64,000 nucleotides of DNA. Origin: Somniosus microcephalus. Its lineage: Eukaryota. Below the pieces are notes generated by a model. It was not told where the DNA came from. It was given only the letters and a program-made list of their open reading frames with translations, and ran no database searches. The DNA lies in assembly GCA_052327205.1 (NCBI GenBank), contig CM126207.1, forward strand, positions 64,728,001 through 64,792,000. The letters are read 5' to 3'. Positions 37,488 through 49,210 of the stretch are shown piece after piece. The position numbers were made by a program, and so were the translations under genes. The first letter of the stretch is position 1, and every line of letters starts with the position of its first letter.

Positions 37488-39875
37488 CAGGAAACTCTTT
37501 TTTATCCGGCACCGACGGGACCGGCGTGTTGCCGGTTTATCAAAAATTCCAGATGACGGAGAGGGTTATCTACCGAGGCTATTTTTAACAAAGAAAAATT
37601 AAAAAATCAAGAAATGTGCAGTATACAGTAATTGGGTACTCACCTACAGAATGTTGTGTTAAATGGATGGTGGAAGATGCTTGATTAAGTACAGTACTGC
37701 CAGTTGAGGGTAATCCATAACGCTTTAATTACTTAACAGTAAAACAACTTATAAACGACTGTACAGTACAGTATAAAGTACTGTGGTTGACTACACTTAT
37801 TCCAAGTCAACTGGTTCATCGGGAATATCCATGTCAGCTGGGTCATCAGGATCATGCACTTCAACAGATTCTTCAGGTACTTCCACTGCTTCAACTCTTT
37901 TGGAAGCTTTCCTAAACATGTCCCAGATGTCTGCTTGCTTAGTGGACTCTTGCCTTTTTTGTAGAAAGGTGGAATGCAGAATATGGAGGTGCAAAACTTC
38001 TTGGGCAGAATAGCAAGGATGCCTTTCAGCAAATTTGAGGAATGAAGCAAAATCTTCTGCAGCTTTAGCCCAAGAAATCTTCTTCTCTTCAGAAATCTCA
38101 TCCTCTTCACTTTCCATCACACTTTCCTTTTCTTTCTTTGGATTCAAAACATTCTCCATTATTTCATCATCACTTAGCATATGCACAACAGCAACTTCTC
38201 TATCTGCATCAACCCACTGCTCAATATCACTTTCACTGAGGTGACGTAGAGGGTTTGCTGGGCCTACATTTTTCCCCATGCCAGCCATTTCCATTACTGT
38301 ACTCCTCTTGAGACGAATATTGAACCCATGAAATTCCTCCTCTGAAGAAGAACCTTCAGCAAACATTACAGAAGGCCACAATTTGCGCCAGGCTTGTCTC
38401 AAAGTGTGACCTTTCACCAAGTTCCAGGAACATGCAGCATTAAAGATGGCATCTTTAAGATTGTATTCCTTCTGAAATGCGTGAATATTGTCATCTTGGC
38501 TTATCAGTTTACGTAGGAAGTCTTTCTTGTAATGACACTTGAGATTTTGGATAATGCCCTGGTCCATGGGTTGTATGAGAGAAGTTACATTTGGTGGCAA
38601 ATAAATGGTGAAAATATTTCCAGAAACCAACTCGGATTCATGCGGATGGGCTCTACAATTATCAAGCAATAAAATGCATTTGCTATCTTCAGGTTTTCCT
38701 ATTCTATGGAAATGTTCCCTCACAGATGGAACAAAAATATGATGGAACCAATTCGAAAGATTTCTTTATCCATCCAAGCATTTCTTTGAGCTTTGTACTC
38801 AACAGGTAAGTGCCTCACATTTTTAAATGCACAGGGATTTTTATACTTCCCAATGACGAGAAGTTTAACCCGGTGTGATCCAGCAGCGTTCACACATGTT
38901 AGCACGGTTACACGATCTTGATTTTTCTTGTAACCTGAAGCATTAGCCTCACTAACCTCAGCAAGCGTTGATTCTGGCAAAAACCTCCAAAATAAGCCAG
39001 TTTCATCGGCATTGCATAGCTGTGCTGGCGACAAGTCATGTTGCTGCACAATCCGATTGAAATAATCGCAGTATTCTTCTGCGGCGTCGTGATCAGCTGA
39101 TTTCTTCTCCCCGGAAATATCGAGTCGTCGTATCCCGTGCCGTACCGTGAAGCACGTTAGCCATCCCTCGGAGAAAGCACACTTGTCAGTGAGCTCCATC
39201 TTTGCGTAGAAATTCTTCGCTTTTTCGATTAGCATGGGTCCGGAAATCGGAACACCCTCTGAACGCTTAAGAGAAAACCACTCATAAAGCACGGTATCCA
39301 GCTCTTTAAGCTTAGGCTTACGAAGCATACGCCGTTTCTTTACACCCTTAGATGTCTCCGAGCTTGAATAAAACTTGAGCAGCTTATCCTTCTGCGATTT
39401 GATGTCGTAGATTGTTGACGAACCGATTTTGAATTCTTTCATAATGTTGATACGCTTCTCTCCCCTGTCTAGTCATTGGCATATGTCGATTTTCTGTTTT
39501 AAAGTTAACACCACTCTCTTCCTTTTGCTTGGACCAACTTTTAGGATTTCCATAATGCAATGCAATGACTACCAGCAGCATAGGAGACACACAGTACCCC
39601 TATAAAATGGTGGATCAGAAGAGACTACCGGCAGCGTGGGAGAGTCAGACTCCTGTTACAGGGGTTTTGAGGTGTTCCGACTCCCGACAGCACCAAGAAG
39701 CCGAAGAGTGGCAGTTTGGAGAACTACCCCCACTGACTAACTCGGCCACCGCAGGAGACTCGAACTTGGACTCGGCAACATTGCTGGTTATTGAGGTGTT
39801 GTTTTCGGAGCGAGAATTTTGCCGGTTAATAGAGAATTCTGGATATTTAGGCGCCGTTTAAACGAGAGTTTCCTG
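37488..39875 (-). mobile_element. Full-length pogo/Tigger DNA transposon (2388 bp)
   Basis: TA TSD (37486-37487, 39876-39877); ~25-bp TIRs caggaaactc...ccggcacc / ggcgccg...gagagtttcctg. Confidence 0.95.
37797..39553 (-). pseudogene. Tigger/Jerky-like transposase (CENP-B-type HTH domains plus DD32D) with one nonsense codon and one frameshift
   Basis: MEILKVGPSKRKRVVLTLKQKIDICQ*LDRG (TGA at 39475-39473); GPMLIEKA; NADETGLFW; LLLDNCRAH; QPMDQG; frameshift near 38755. Confidence 0.92.
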
Positions 39876-40897
39876 TACTTGCCATAGAGGGAGTGCAACA
39901 AAGGTTCACTGGACTGACTTCTGGGATGGGGGACTGTCCTATGAGGAGAGATTGAGTAGACTAGGCCTATATTCGCTAGAGTTTAGAAGAATGAGAGGTG
40001 ATCTCATTGAAACATACAAAATTCTTACAGGGCTTGACAGGGTAGATGCAGGGAGAATGTTTCCCCTGGCTGGTAAGTCTAGAACCAGGGGTCACAGTCT
40101 CAGAATAAGGGGTCGGCCATTTAGGACTGAGGTGAGGAGAAATTTCTTCACTCAGAGAGTGGTGAATCTTTGGAATTCTCTACCCCAGAGGGCTGTGGAG
40201 GCTCAATCGTTGAGTATATTCAAGACAGAGATTAGATTTTTGGATATTAAGGGAATCAAGGGATATGGGGATAGTGCAGGAAAGTGGAGATGAGGTAGAA
40301 GATCAGCCATGATCTTATTGAATGGTGGAGAAGGCTCGATGGGCCAAATGGCCTACTCCTGCTCCTTTTTCTTTTGTTCTTATGTTCACCTAGTGTTCTG
40401 GACAACATTTATTACTCAACTGCTAAAACAGATTATTTAGTCATTTATCTCATTTATATTTGTGGGACCATGCTGTGCACAAATTGGCTGCCACTTGTTT
40501 CTATATTACAACAGTAACTACAGTTCAAAAGTACTTTATTCGCTGTGAAGCTCTTTGGTGTGTCCTGAGATCGTGAAAGCCGCTATATAAATGCGAGTTC
40601 TTTCTTTCTTCTTTCACATTGATAACCAATTTAGTTATGAAGCTTATCTACCTAAGGTGAGACGCTTTCAGCAAGACTACAAAAAGGAATAAAAGGCACG
40701 TCTAAAATAAAAAATGCAAAACCATAAAAAAGTTTTTCAAATGAAAATATTATAAACCTGTAATTGCATATTGCTGTAAAAAAACATTAATTTTTTTTAT
40801 AAACATTTTCAAATCTGGAAATGATTTACATGGTTGAATTTAAGTTCCCATGATTAAATAGCACCAATAAGTTAAAAAAAACACTTGCTGAAATGAT

Positions 40898-42346
40898 GGG
40901 GGGAATTCTAACCCTAAAAAACAGGTGAGTTGGGGTCAAGGGGGAGATTAAAGAGTTAAAAAACTGAATCGACCCCAACCCGCCCACTTCCGGTTTTAAC
41001 AGAGGCGAGACTGGGGGCGGGCAACCAACCTGCTCCCAGGAGGCAGGTCTTCCATTTAAATATTATAATGAGGCTTGCAAGCCTCATGATGATCCACCAT
41101 TCCAAATTTAACTCTGGCTGATCGGGTTTCCCAGGCCTCGGGTAACCTGCAGTGGAAGGAAGGCAAGGACTTTTGGATCCAGGAGGTACGTGCCTTTCCA
41201 CTTTCCTCCTGGATCCAGCATCCCTGCCTCACCGCCCCCTGCAATTGGACACCACTGCCCCCCCCCCCCCCACCGAGCGAGGCCTCCGAACCCCCCCCCT
41301 CCAGGCCCCCTCCGAGGCCCCCAATCTCCCCCCTATGAGGCCTCCGATCTCCCCCCAACCTCCCCCCGCCCCGAGGCTTCCGATTCCCCCCGCCCCCAGC
41401 CCACAATCACCTTCCCGGCCTCCCCCCTCCAGTCCCGACGCTCCTCCGATTCCCAAATCCTGAACCACCCCCACCCCCGATACAGCACGGTGGCATAGTG
41501 GTTAGCACTGTTGCCTCACAGTGCCAGGGACCCGGGTTCGAATCCGGCCTCGGGTGACTGTCTGTGTGGAGTTTGCACATTCTCCCCGTGTTTGCGTGGG
41601 TTTCCTCCGGGTGCTCCGGTTTCCTCCCACAGTCCAAAAGATGTGCGGGTTAGGTTGATTGGCTATGATAAATTGACCCTTAGTGTTAGGGGGATTAAAT
41701 ACGTGGGGTTACGGGGATAGGGTGGGATATGTGTCGGTGCAGGCTCGATGGGCCGAAATGGCCTCTATCTGCACTGTGGGGTTTCTGTGATTCTGTGATT
41801 CTGTGATCCTCCGGCTCCTGGTGCTCTTCTGGCTCGAGTCCCGACAACCCGCCCCACCCCCGATCCTCCTCCGGCTCCCAAGTCCCGACAACCTCCCTTC
41901 CCAATGCTCCTCCAGCTCCCGAGTCCTGACCAGCCACCCCACCCCTCTGATGCTCCTCCGATGCCCGAATCCCGACCTCCCTCTCCCCGATGCTCCTCCG
42001 GCCCCCAGTGCACCTCTGGCTCCTGACCACCCCTCCCTCCCCGCCGATGCTCCTCTGGCTCCCGACCACAACCACCCATGCTCCTCCAGCCCCTGATCGC
42101 CCTCCGATTAACCCCCCCCTCCCCGCTGCCCTGATCGCTTCCTCCCTCCTCTCTGTGACCTGGTGCTGCAGGCCTACCCGCCCACGGCCAGCCAGCTTCT
42201 CCACCTGGTTCGCTGCAGGTGGGAAACCGAACTTGCAAATGCTATTCAGGGCCTGCCATTAAATTCGGCAGGGCCTGCAGGGAAACCCATTCTCCCGGGT
42301 TTCCCAGCCCCAGCTCCCGACCCGCTTCCAGATTAAAATTCCGGCC
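40898..42346. mobile_element. Harbinger-type MITE with a C-rich low-complexity core, hosting a SINE
   Basis: Ends ggggggaattcta / taaaattccggcc; GAT on both flanks; repeated ccgatgctcctc units. Confidence 0.7.
41482..41806 (+). mobile_element. HE1-like tRNA-derived V-SINE
   Basis: A-box tggcatagtgg; B-box gggttcgaatcc; V-domain gtgggtttcctccgggtgctccggtttcctcccac; CR1-type tail with (ttctgtga)n. Confidence 0.9.
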
Positions 42347-42774
42347 GATGTTTCAATAGGAATTAGAAGTAATTCTGTGGTTTGAAAAATGCATAACATG
42401 ACAGTAAAGATAACCTTGTAATTAAACACGGTGATGGCAGCTGGGAATTTTGTATACATTTTGCTTCACATCAGTTGCTGTACTACTGCACTTCGTGTGA
42501 AGCTGATGTGGCGTGAGATTATCTCCTACAGGTGGTCTCATACTAAGACCCTAAATTCAACGAGGACAATTTAGCACCCAAATTACACTGCACGTCTTGG
42601 GCTCGCTTTTAACTCAGGTGCGGGGAATTGTCGGGTTCCCTGAATTTGGTGTTTCCCACACGAATCTAAATGGGTGTGTGAGATTGATGCAATTTTAACT
42701 CAATTGGCCAATTGATTTCCAATGTGTGGGAACCCTTGGCAAATGAGTATTTCCAGTCAGAAAGTCGCATAATA

Positions 42775-42782
42775 TGACGTCA
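42775..42782. promoter_or_regulatory. CRE/ATF site TGACGTCA about 100 bp upstream of the Myb ATG
   Basis: Perfect palindrome; the CpG-decayed version TGATGTCA is at the equivalent place in element C (~32455). Confidence 0.4.
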
Positions 42783-42877
42783 TTATTGCTGCTGCATTTA
42801 GGGTCTGCAACAAGCCTTGCTTCTTCTGCAGGTTGCCAACCTTTTGGCATTTGCTGATACACTGAGCTAGAAGCAGA

Positions 42878-44579
42878 ATGGCAAGAGAAAGACCGAGGTC
42901 TGCATCCCGTTTTGATGACGTTGCCCTGCAGGCTTTAGTGGAGGGAGCAAGAGCTCACAAGGAGGTGCTCTTCCCTTCATCAGCGAGGAAGATGCCTCCC
43001 CAGCAGACAAAGGCTGCATGGCTGCAAGTGGCAGAGGAGGTCAACTCCTTATCGGCTACCCGCAGAACCTGGATACAGTGCACGAAGAGATTTCATGACC
43101 TTCAGCACACTGGAAAAGTGAGTATGAGGTTCCCATCACTCTCAATCTGATCTGCATTGCCTCTCCTCACCAGCACTCAGCTTTAGCGATCTCTTCCTCC
43201 ACATCCCACTTGACACTGACGTCCATGCACCCTTACCCATTCCCTCTCTCTCTATGCTCACATTCACCTAATTATTCGACTATGCAGCCCTCACACTCCC
43301 TATCACTGTGATGCTATGAAAACAACTGACAACACACAGGGAGGGCCCTTGGTTTTGCCACCTCACTCCATCTTTGTCTCCTTCTAAGCATCTATGCTAT
43401 GGATTCTCTACACTCCCTCCTTCATTCTCACTCAAACTCCACTTGTCTCCCTCATTGCAGGAAAGGAGAGCTCACAATAAAAAAGAACGAGCGAGGACAG
43501 GAGGAGGGCCACCATCAGTAGCCCACCTCACCCCCTGGGAGGAGGCGGTCCCGGAGATCGTAAGACTGGAGGATGAGGCGCAAGTGGGGGACGGACAGAC
43601 AGGTGCATCGCAGCAAGCTGGTGACAGAATAGTTTTCCATCTCTCTCATTGACATTGCATGTGTCGCTGATAATGATTCTGAAGCTATAACAGATGGACC
43701 TATGATCATCTGCAATATGCAATGTGCATGTAACCTTGACCTCACATCTCTAACTCTTTCCGTTACTCCCCCACAGGACCATCGAGAGCCCCCGTCCCCA
43801 CTGTCCAGGAGGAAGAGCCTGAGCTTCCAGACTCCTCAGAGGAATCTGCAACCTCTGAGGGCGCAGCATCAGCAGAATTCAGCACACCCAGCACCAGCGC
43901 ACACACTCACACCTCGGTGGGACCTTCGAAACATAGAGTAGTATTGTCACCTAGTGTATCACAGCTCACAAGTGAGCATCAGCAGATTGTGGAGACAGGG
44001 ACAGCAGTGGAGAGTGCTAGTCGGAGGGCGCAGGACTCTGCCAGCTCGACTCAGCTGCATGTCGACCCTCTGCCTCTAGGTCCATCCATAAGATCAGCGG
44101 TGCTGGAACTCCAGGAACAGATGCAGGAGTCTCTGGCAGGTTTTGTCTCCAGGGTCGATGTGAGTGTGGAGCGAATGGAGGAGTCCATAGCGAACATGAG
44201 CAGAGCCTTTGTGGAGTCATTGGCGCATGAACGCATCACCATGGAAAGGATGGCAACCTCCATGGAGGAGATAAGTCGCCAGGGTATGGAAAACATGGTG
44301 AGTGTTCATAATAGAATGACATCTCTTGAGGAGCGATGGGCATCTATTGAACAGAGAAACCAGACCTTCATAGAAGTCCTTCTGAGTAGGACTGCCAGTG
44401 CAGATACGGGTCCCCATGGCCCCCTGATGTGCAGCAAGGTGCTCTCAAGCCACTTCCAAGCGCTGGCCCCTTCTGGCCTGTGCAGCTTCAGGTGGGTGAG
44501 CAGCAGCCTGGCGCTCCTGTTGCTGCTGCTGTTGTTCCTGGTTCTGCTGGTGCCGCGGCTGGTGTTCGAGCGCATCTAA
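42878..44579 (+). CDS. Predicted intact spliced Harbinger Myb/SANT-like protein, 400 aa (exons 42878-43117, 43461-43620, 43777-44579) with a hydrophobic C-terminus
   Basis: 240+160+803=1203 nt; intron phases 0 and 1 are compatible; no stop when translated by hand; GT-AG introns conserved with elements B and C. No expression evidence. Confidence 0.65.
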
Positions 44580-46014
44580 TGCCCAGAAGGGAAGGAAGTA
44601 AATGGCTCCCATGCTTCTGGTATATGCCTCCGTTGAGGAAGCGCTGAGTGAAGGTGGCGAGCAGGGTTTCCCAGGAGGTCACACTGGAGATGTGTGTGAG
44701 GCTCCAACCTTCCACAGGTGTGGTTAAGCCTGGTAAAAGTTGCCCCTGGCCTGAAACAACAAAGTCCTGCCACCTGCAAATGATGACTGATCAAATCTCC
44801 TCTTTAGTGGTTGACCTGCAAGCCAATAGTGCTCATGCCAGGTTTCACAGGCGTGATCCCCACCAGGCGTGTTTTACGTGGGAAAAGGGTTAAAAATGCA
44901 AGGGCCTGTTAAAATGGGATTATAAAGGCCAATTATTGCTGATTAAGGTCCTTAAAGACCAGTCCCGCCTGTTGGAGGCGGGACTGATTGAGGACCATCA
45001 GACACGCCTGGGTTAAAATGGCTTGGGGTCGGGAACCAGGCGGGGGCCCGACCCCCAGTTTTCGCGATTTTAACCCCCCATACGCCTCAAAGCCCGCCTC
45101 ATGGCTGAGTTAAAATCGACCCCACTGTGTCAATGCAAAATCAGAACTGTGTGCAGTAGCATATCTCACATTTACTTACAATGGGTTTTGAAGTAGCTTT
45201 GCTGTAAACACTAAAACTGTTGATACTACAATTGTCCCTTGTTGTTCATTTTGAAAAACTTTTATGCAAAGAGCAAAGATAATAAATAGATTATTCACAG
45301 AAAATAGAGTTCATTGGCAAACAACTAAGATGTTGATGGACAGTGAAGAAAAGTGGGGTTGGAAATATTGTCTACGTTCGACTGAACAAAATGCTGTAAG
45401 GCCTGCTTAACTGTCATCAGAAAAAAGGATAAACAGAAATAACAACTCTCAATTTGGGTGCACATATCCATAATTCTATCCTTGATTTATTAGATACACA
45501 CAAACACAATCCATCTTCAATACTTAGATTCATGGCTGCCCATAAAAATAGGCTAAGATATTGCAATAGTAGGCACCTAAAGCATGGATGCACAACAAGT
45601 AGTGGCCACCCATATTATTGGACGTGGAGTCTGAGGTCTACGAGACACCCAATGAACATAATGTGCCAAAATACATTATGAATACTTGGTGCTCACGGCT
45701 CATTTTCCGGAATCAAGTTTCAGGAAAACGGGGGCAGAAACCTGTTACGTCAGGTCTCCACCCCATTTATGTTTCTCTGGAATTCCTGAGGCTTCCCTAG
45801 GGTGGAGAAGCTGGGCCTGTGTTTGCAATAGGCACAAACTCATTGCTCACATGTAAATGAGGCAGAAGTGGGCGTTCCCGCCTTACACCTCTATTTCCTA
45901 TAGTAACCGCCTTGGGGTGCCCAATGGTAGAACGCCCAAGAAGCTGGCGCTGAGCTTGTCCCCAGATTGCTCTCAGACTGAAGGGTTCAATAGCAGGCCA
46001 AAGAGGACTCTCAA

Positions 46015-46690
46015 GGTAAGCTCTAAACTGTCCCACTGCATCTTCAACCCTATTCCCACCAAACTGCTGACCACCCAACTTCCTTTTCTGGCTCCCATGT
46101 TAGCTTATATTGTTAACAGTTCTCTCTCCTCAGGTACTGTCCCCCTCTCCCTCAAATCTGCCATCATCACCCCTCTCCTCAAAAAACCAACCCTTGATCC
46201 CACTGTCCTTGCAAACTACCGCCACATCTCCAACCTCCCTTTTCTCTCCAAAGTCCTTGAACGTGTTGTCGCCTCCCAAATCCGTGCCCATCTTTCCCGC
46301 AATTCCATGTTTGAATCGCTCCATCAGGTTTCCGCCCTTGCCACAGTACCGAAATGGCTCTCATCAAAGTCACAAATTACATCCTTTGTGACTGTGACAA
46401 AGGTAAACTATCCCTCCTTGTCCTTCTTGACTTGTCTGCAGCCTTTGAAATGGTTGACCACTCCATCCTTCTCCAATGCATCTCCACCGTTGTCCAGCTG
46501 GATGGGACTGCACTCGCCTGGTTCCATTCTTATCTATCTGATCGTAACCAGAGAATCACCTGCAACGGCTTCTCTTCCTGCTCCCGCATCGTTACCTCTG
46601 GCGTCCCCCAAGGATCTATCCTTGGCCCCCTCCTATTTCTCATCTACATGTTGCCCCTTGGCAACAATATCCGAAAACACAGCGTCAGTT
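46015..46690 (+). mobile_element. L2 RT fragment
   Basis: LKKPTLDP...NYRHISNLPFLSKVLERVV, LLDLSAAF and GVPQGSILGPLLF motifs. Confidence 0.9.
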
Positions 46691-47199
46691 TACCGTATCT
46701 CTTAGCAACTGATTGTTTCTGCGCTATTTCAGATAAGGAAATAATTGAGATTTGTTAGAGCATTCCTGAAAGCTACTTTAAAACCATACCATATCGTTTG
46801 TCAGTCACTATCTAACTGTGCAGGAGTGTTCCTCCCGGTTCCACATTAAAACCATGGGTCACTGCTCGCCCACCTCCTGATCACTGCCTCTTCTGATCGA
46901 CCACCCCTTCTAAGACCTACCAGTGTTGCTGACAGCGGCCTGAAATTAAAATTGGTTCATGCCAGCAGGCGCCTGCAGCTCGCCGGTCTGATGTCAATGA
47001 GACCCAAGGCCCGATATCGGCCTGCCGGCATGAACCAATTTCTAGGCCATTATTTACCAGAGCCAGCAATTTCAACACTTTTCCTGTGGAAGGTGGCAAG
47101 AAAGAATGCTCCATTCCTACTGTGTGACAGAATTCCAACAAGTGTAGGGCATAACTGACTGCAACTATGTGGCCAAACATGCCCTTAACCCAAACTTTG

Positions 47200-48800
47200 C
47201 ACCATACATAAATGGAAATTCATCAATGCAGAGGTGGTCAGTAATCACAATAGAATTGTGTACATGAATGTACATTTCCCTGGCAGCTCTCACCATTCGT
47301 TAATCATGCAGCAGTCAATGAAGCCAACCTTATTTGAAGAGCCAAGAAAATTCCAGGGATGGCTTTCAGGAAAACGAAGCATTTGCCCTGCAGCCATGGT
47401 TCATGACATCAGTGCAGTTGCCGAGACCAGAGCTCAGGGAGATACAATGTGGCTCATGAATCCATAGTGGGATACACCTTTAGGATCTTCAAACTGTGAT
47501 TCTATTGCTCTGACCATTTTCAGTGAGCTCTACAGTATAGCCCAATCATAGTCTGTAAGATTATTGTTGTCTGTTGTGTTCTTCACAACTTTGCCTGCAA
47601 AGAGAACTAATAAAGGAGCTGCTAAGAGAAGAAAGGCAGCATGAAACTGAAGAAGACAAGGCTGCTCACGAGAGAATTGTCTTTTGAAAGAACTGCTCAG
47701 ATTGCAGTCATCAAACAGGATCTGAGAATGCAACCTTAGTTCTCCCGACGACTTGAATCAAGCTCATACGAAATGAACTAACAGCACACACTCTAGTTTC
47801 AGTCAGTGCAATTTTTAATTACCCAGACATTATATGGTGCTGCTGTGTTCAGTTGGTTCTCCCCATGGCTTTCACTTTCTACTTCCTAATCATGTGCCCC
47901 TTCTAAGAATTAGTATGGTGGAAAAACAAAGTGAGGTGGATGACTGCTGGGTGTCATAGCTTGCCTCTCAGGATGGAGGAGGCTTAGTGCTTTTATCTGT
48001 TGGGTCAATAGATGGCCTTGTACCTGTAGGTATCACAGTGAGTGATGAAGTGGCCTTGTATGTTCGGGAGCATACCAACAATCATTTCAGTGGATTAGCA
48101 GGGTGGTTGGAAGTGGCAATGCCTTGCGAAACAGCTCCATCATCCTTTCCAACTCCTGCCAGTTCCCTACAACTAGGCACTTCCTCAGCATGACCAGAGA
48201 TCTGAGTGGGAGCAGACCTCTGGCAGGGATGAGGTAGTTGAAGTCATGTGTTATGGCTTTTTCAATGTGATTCCCCAATATAATGAATCCAGAAAAGACA
48301 AAATGCTGTAGATTGAAGATAAAGGTCTCCATAGCTCCAATCAAAACACTGGTGAGAGATGTTCAACCTGAGCTTAAAACCTCAGCCAAGGTGTTCTGGT
48401 GCAGAGGACCATGGAATGGCCACATTCCCATAGTGCTCTGCAGCTTGGTCAGGTGGATATGTAGCACTGTGCAGATGCAGGTTGTGCACTTCTCTGTGGA
48501 TGCTCTCAAAGTGTACAGGCTGTGTTGCACAATTTCAAATGGCTCCTTGAAGTGCTGTTGTTGAGCTACCAAAGAATGTTTGTAGATTGGGTTTGTGAGG
48601 TCTGAATCATTGGATACAGCAGCTGAAAGACACCTTGAGCTGACTCCATTTTGTAACCAGCAGCTCCCCTTAAAGATGTACAATATTTTAGGGTGCTGGC
48701 ACAGGAAATCCCACACCTGAACTTGGCACATAATACACTATACATTGGGACTGCTGAGCAAGTATAATAATGAGCTCATCTTACATTATTGGGTGAGGTA
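47200..48800. mobile_element. Ancient Harbinger remnant (transposase + at ~47200-47740; probable partner gene - beyond it)
   Basis: NVHFPGSSHHSLIMQQS...LFEEP...GWLSGK resembles RYPGSSHDAFILRQS...GWLLGNK; the remainder is very degraded. Confidence 0.55.
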
Positions 48801-49210
48801 AGCCTCTTAACATGCAAGCACCCAACATGTTGTGTTCCTGGTGCTGCTGTACAAGGACTCCATTATCATCCCCATAATGTAAATTTCCAAATTAAAATAC
48901 GGTAATGCATTGTGTTTGGATGTTATTCAAAGGGATTATGACTGCACAGTGCAGGTGAAATGTAAGCTGTGCACAACAGTGATGGGACTGATTATTACAA
49001 TTACATTGGTTTTTTTTAAAAAGAGACATTTTTAGCATTCTCCTGCTTGCATTGAGACTGCAGCCTAGCGACTGACCTCAGTGCAAATTATGTGATGAAG
49101 TGACCTTAAAATTATAAATTGAAGGATGGTCCCTTGCATGCTGGAGATGTCCTACATGTTATGTGCCAGTCAAGTTAATGGCTGCAACTTGTTGCAATAC
49201 TAAATACACT

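Larger units (their letters stand above)
37025..40387 (+). mobile_element. CR1 3' fragment split by a Tigger
   Basis: INDLDEGTKCNISKFADD...YLRKDI up to 37487 resumes at 39878 (cttgccatagagggagtgcaac) and runs to the CR1 tail. Confidence 0.92.
35890..40615 (+). mobile_element. SacSINE1/DeuSINE-like SINE in three pieces (35890-36036, 36936-37024, 40388-40615)
   Basis: Pieces rejoin: tgcagtactgagggagc | atgagacattaaactgaggccc...aagatcccatggca...gaagagcagggg | ...aaattggctgcc...gtgaaagccgctatataaatgc(ttct)n. Confidence 0.8.
42599..45123. mobile_element. Harbinger element D (same family as C); transposase deleted, Myb gene open
   Basis: TIRs gggctcgcttttaactcag / ctgagttaaaatcgacccc; colinear with 32279-35525; no clean TSD (CTT/ACT). 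Confidence 0.88.

Noticed and set aside
37797-39553. Domesticated JRK/TIGD host gene
   Set aside because: TIRs, TA TSD, insertion inside a CR1 and disabling mutations show it is a transposon copy.
41482-41560. tRNA gene
   Set aside because: The A/B boxes continue directly into a V-SINE body and LINE-derived tail.
40956-42262. Many Gly/Pro-rich ORFs
   Set aside because: Artefacts of the C-rich repeat and the SINE.
45301-45680. Host exons after element D
   Set aside because: One short frame is open, but the donor is weak and the neighbouring sequence is full of stops; possibly an ancient repeat.
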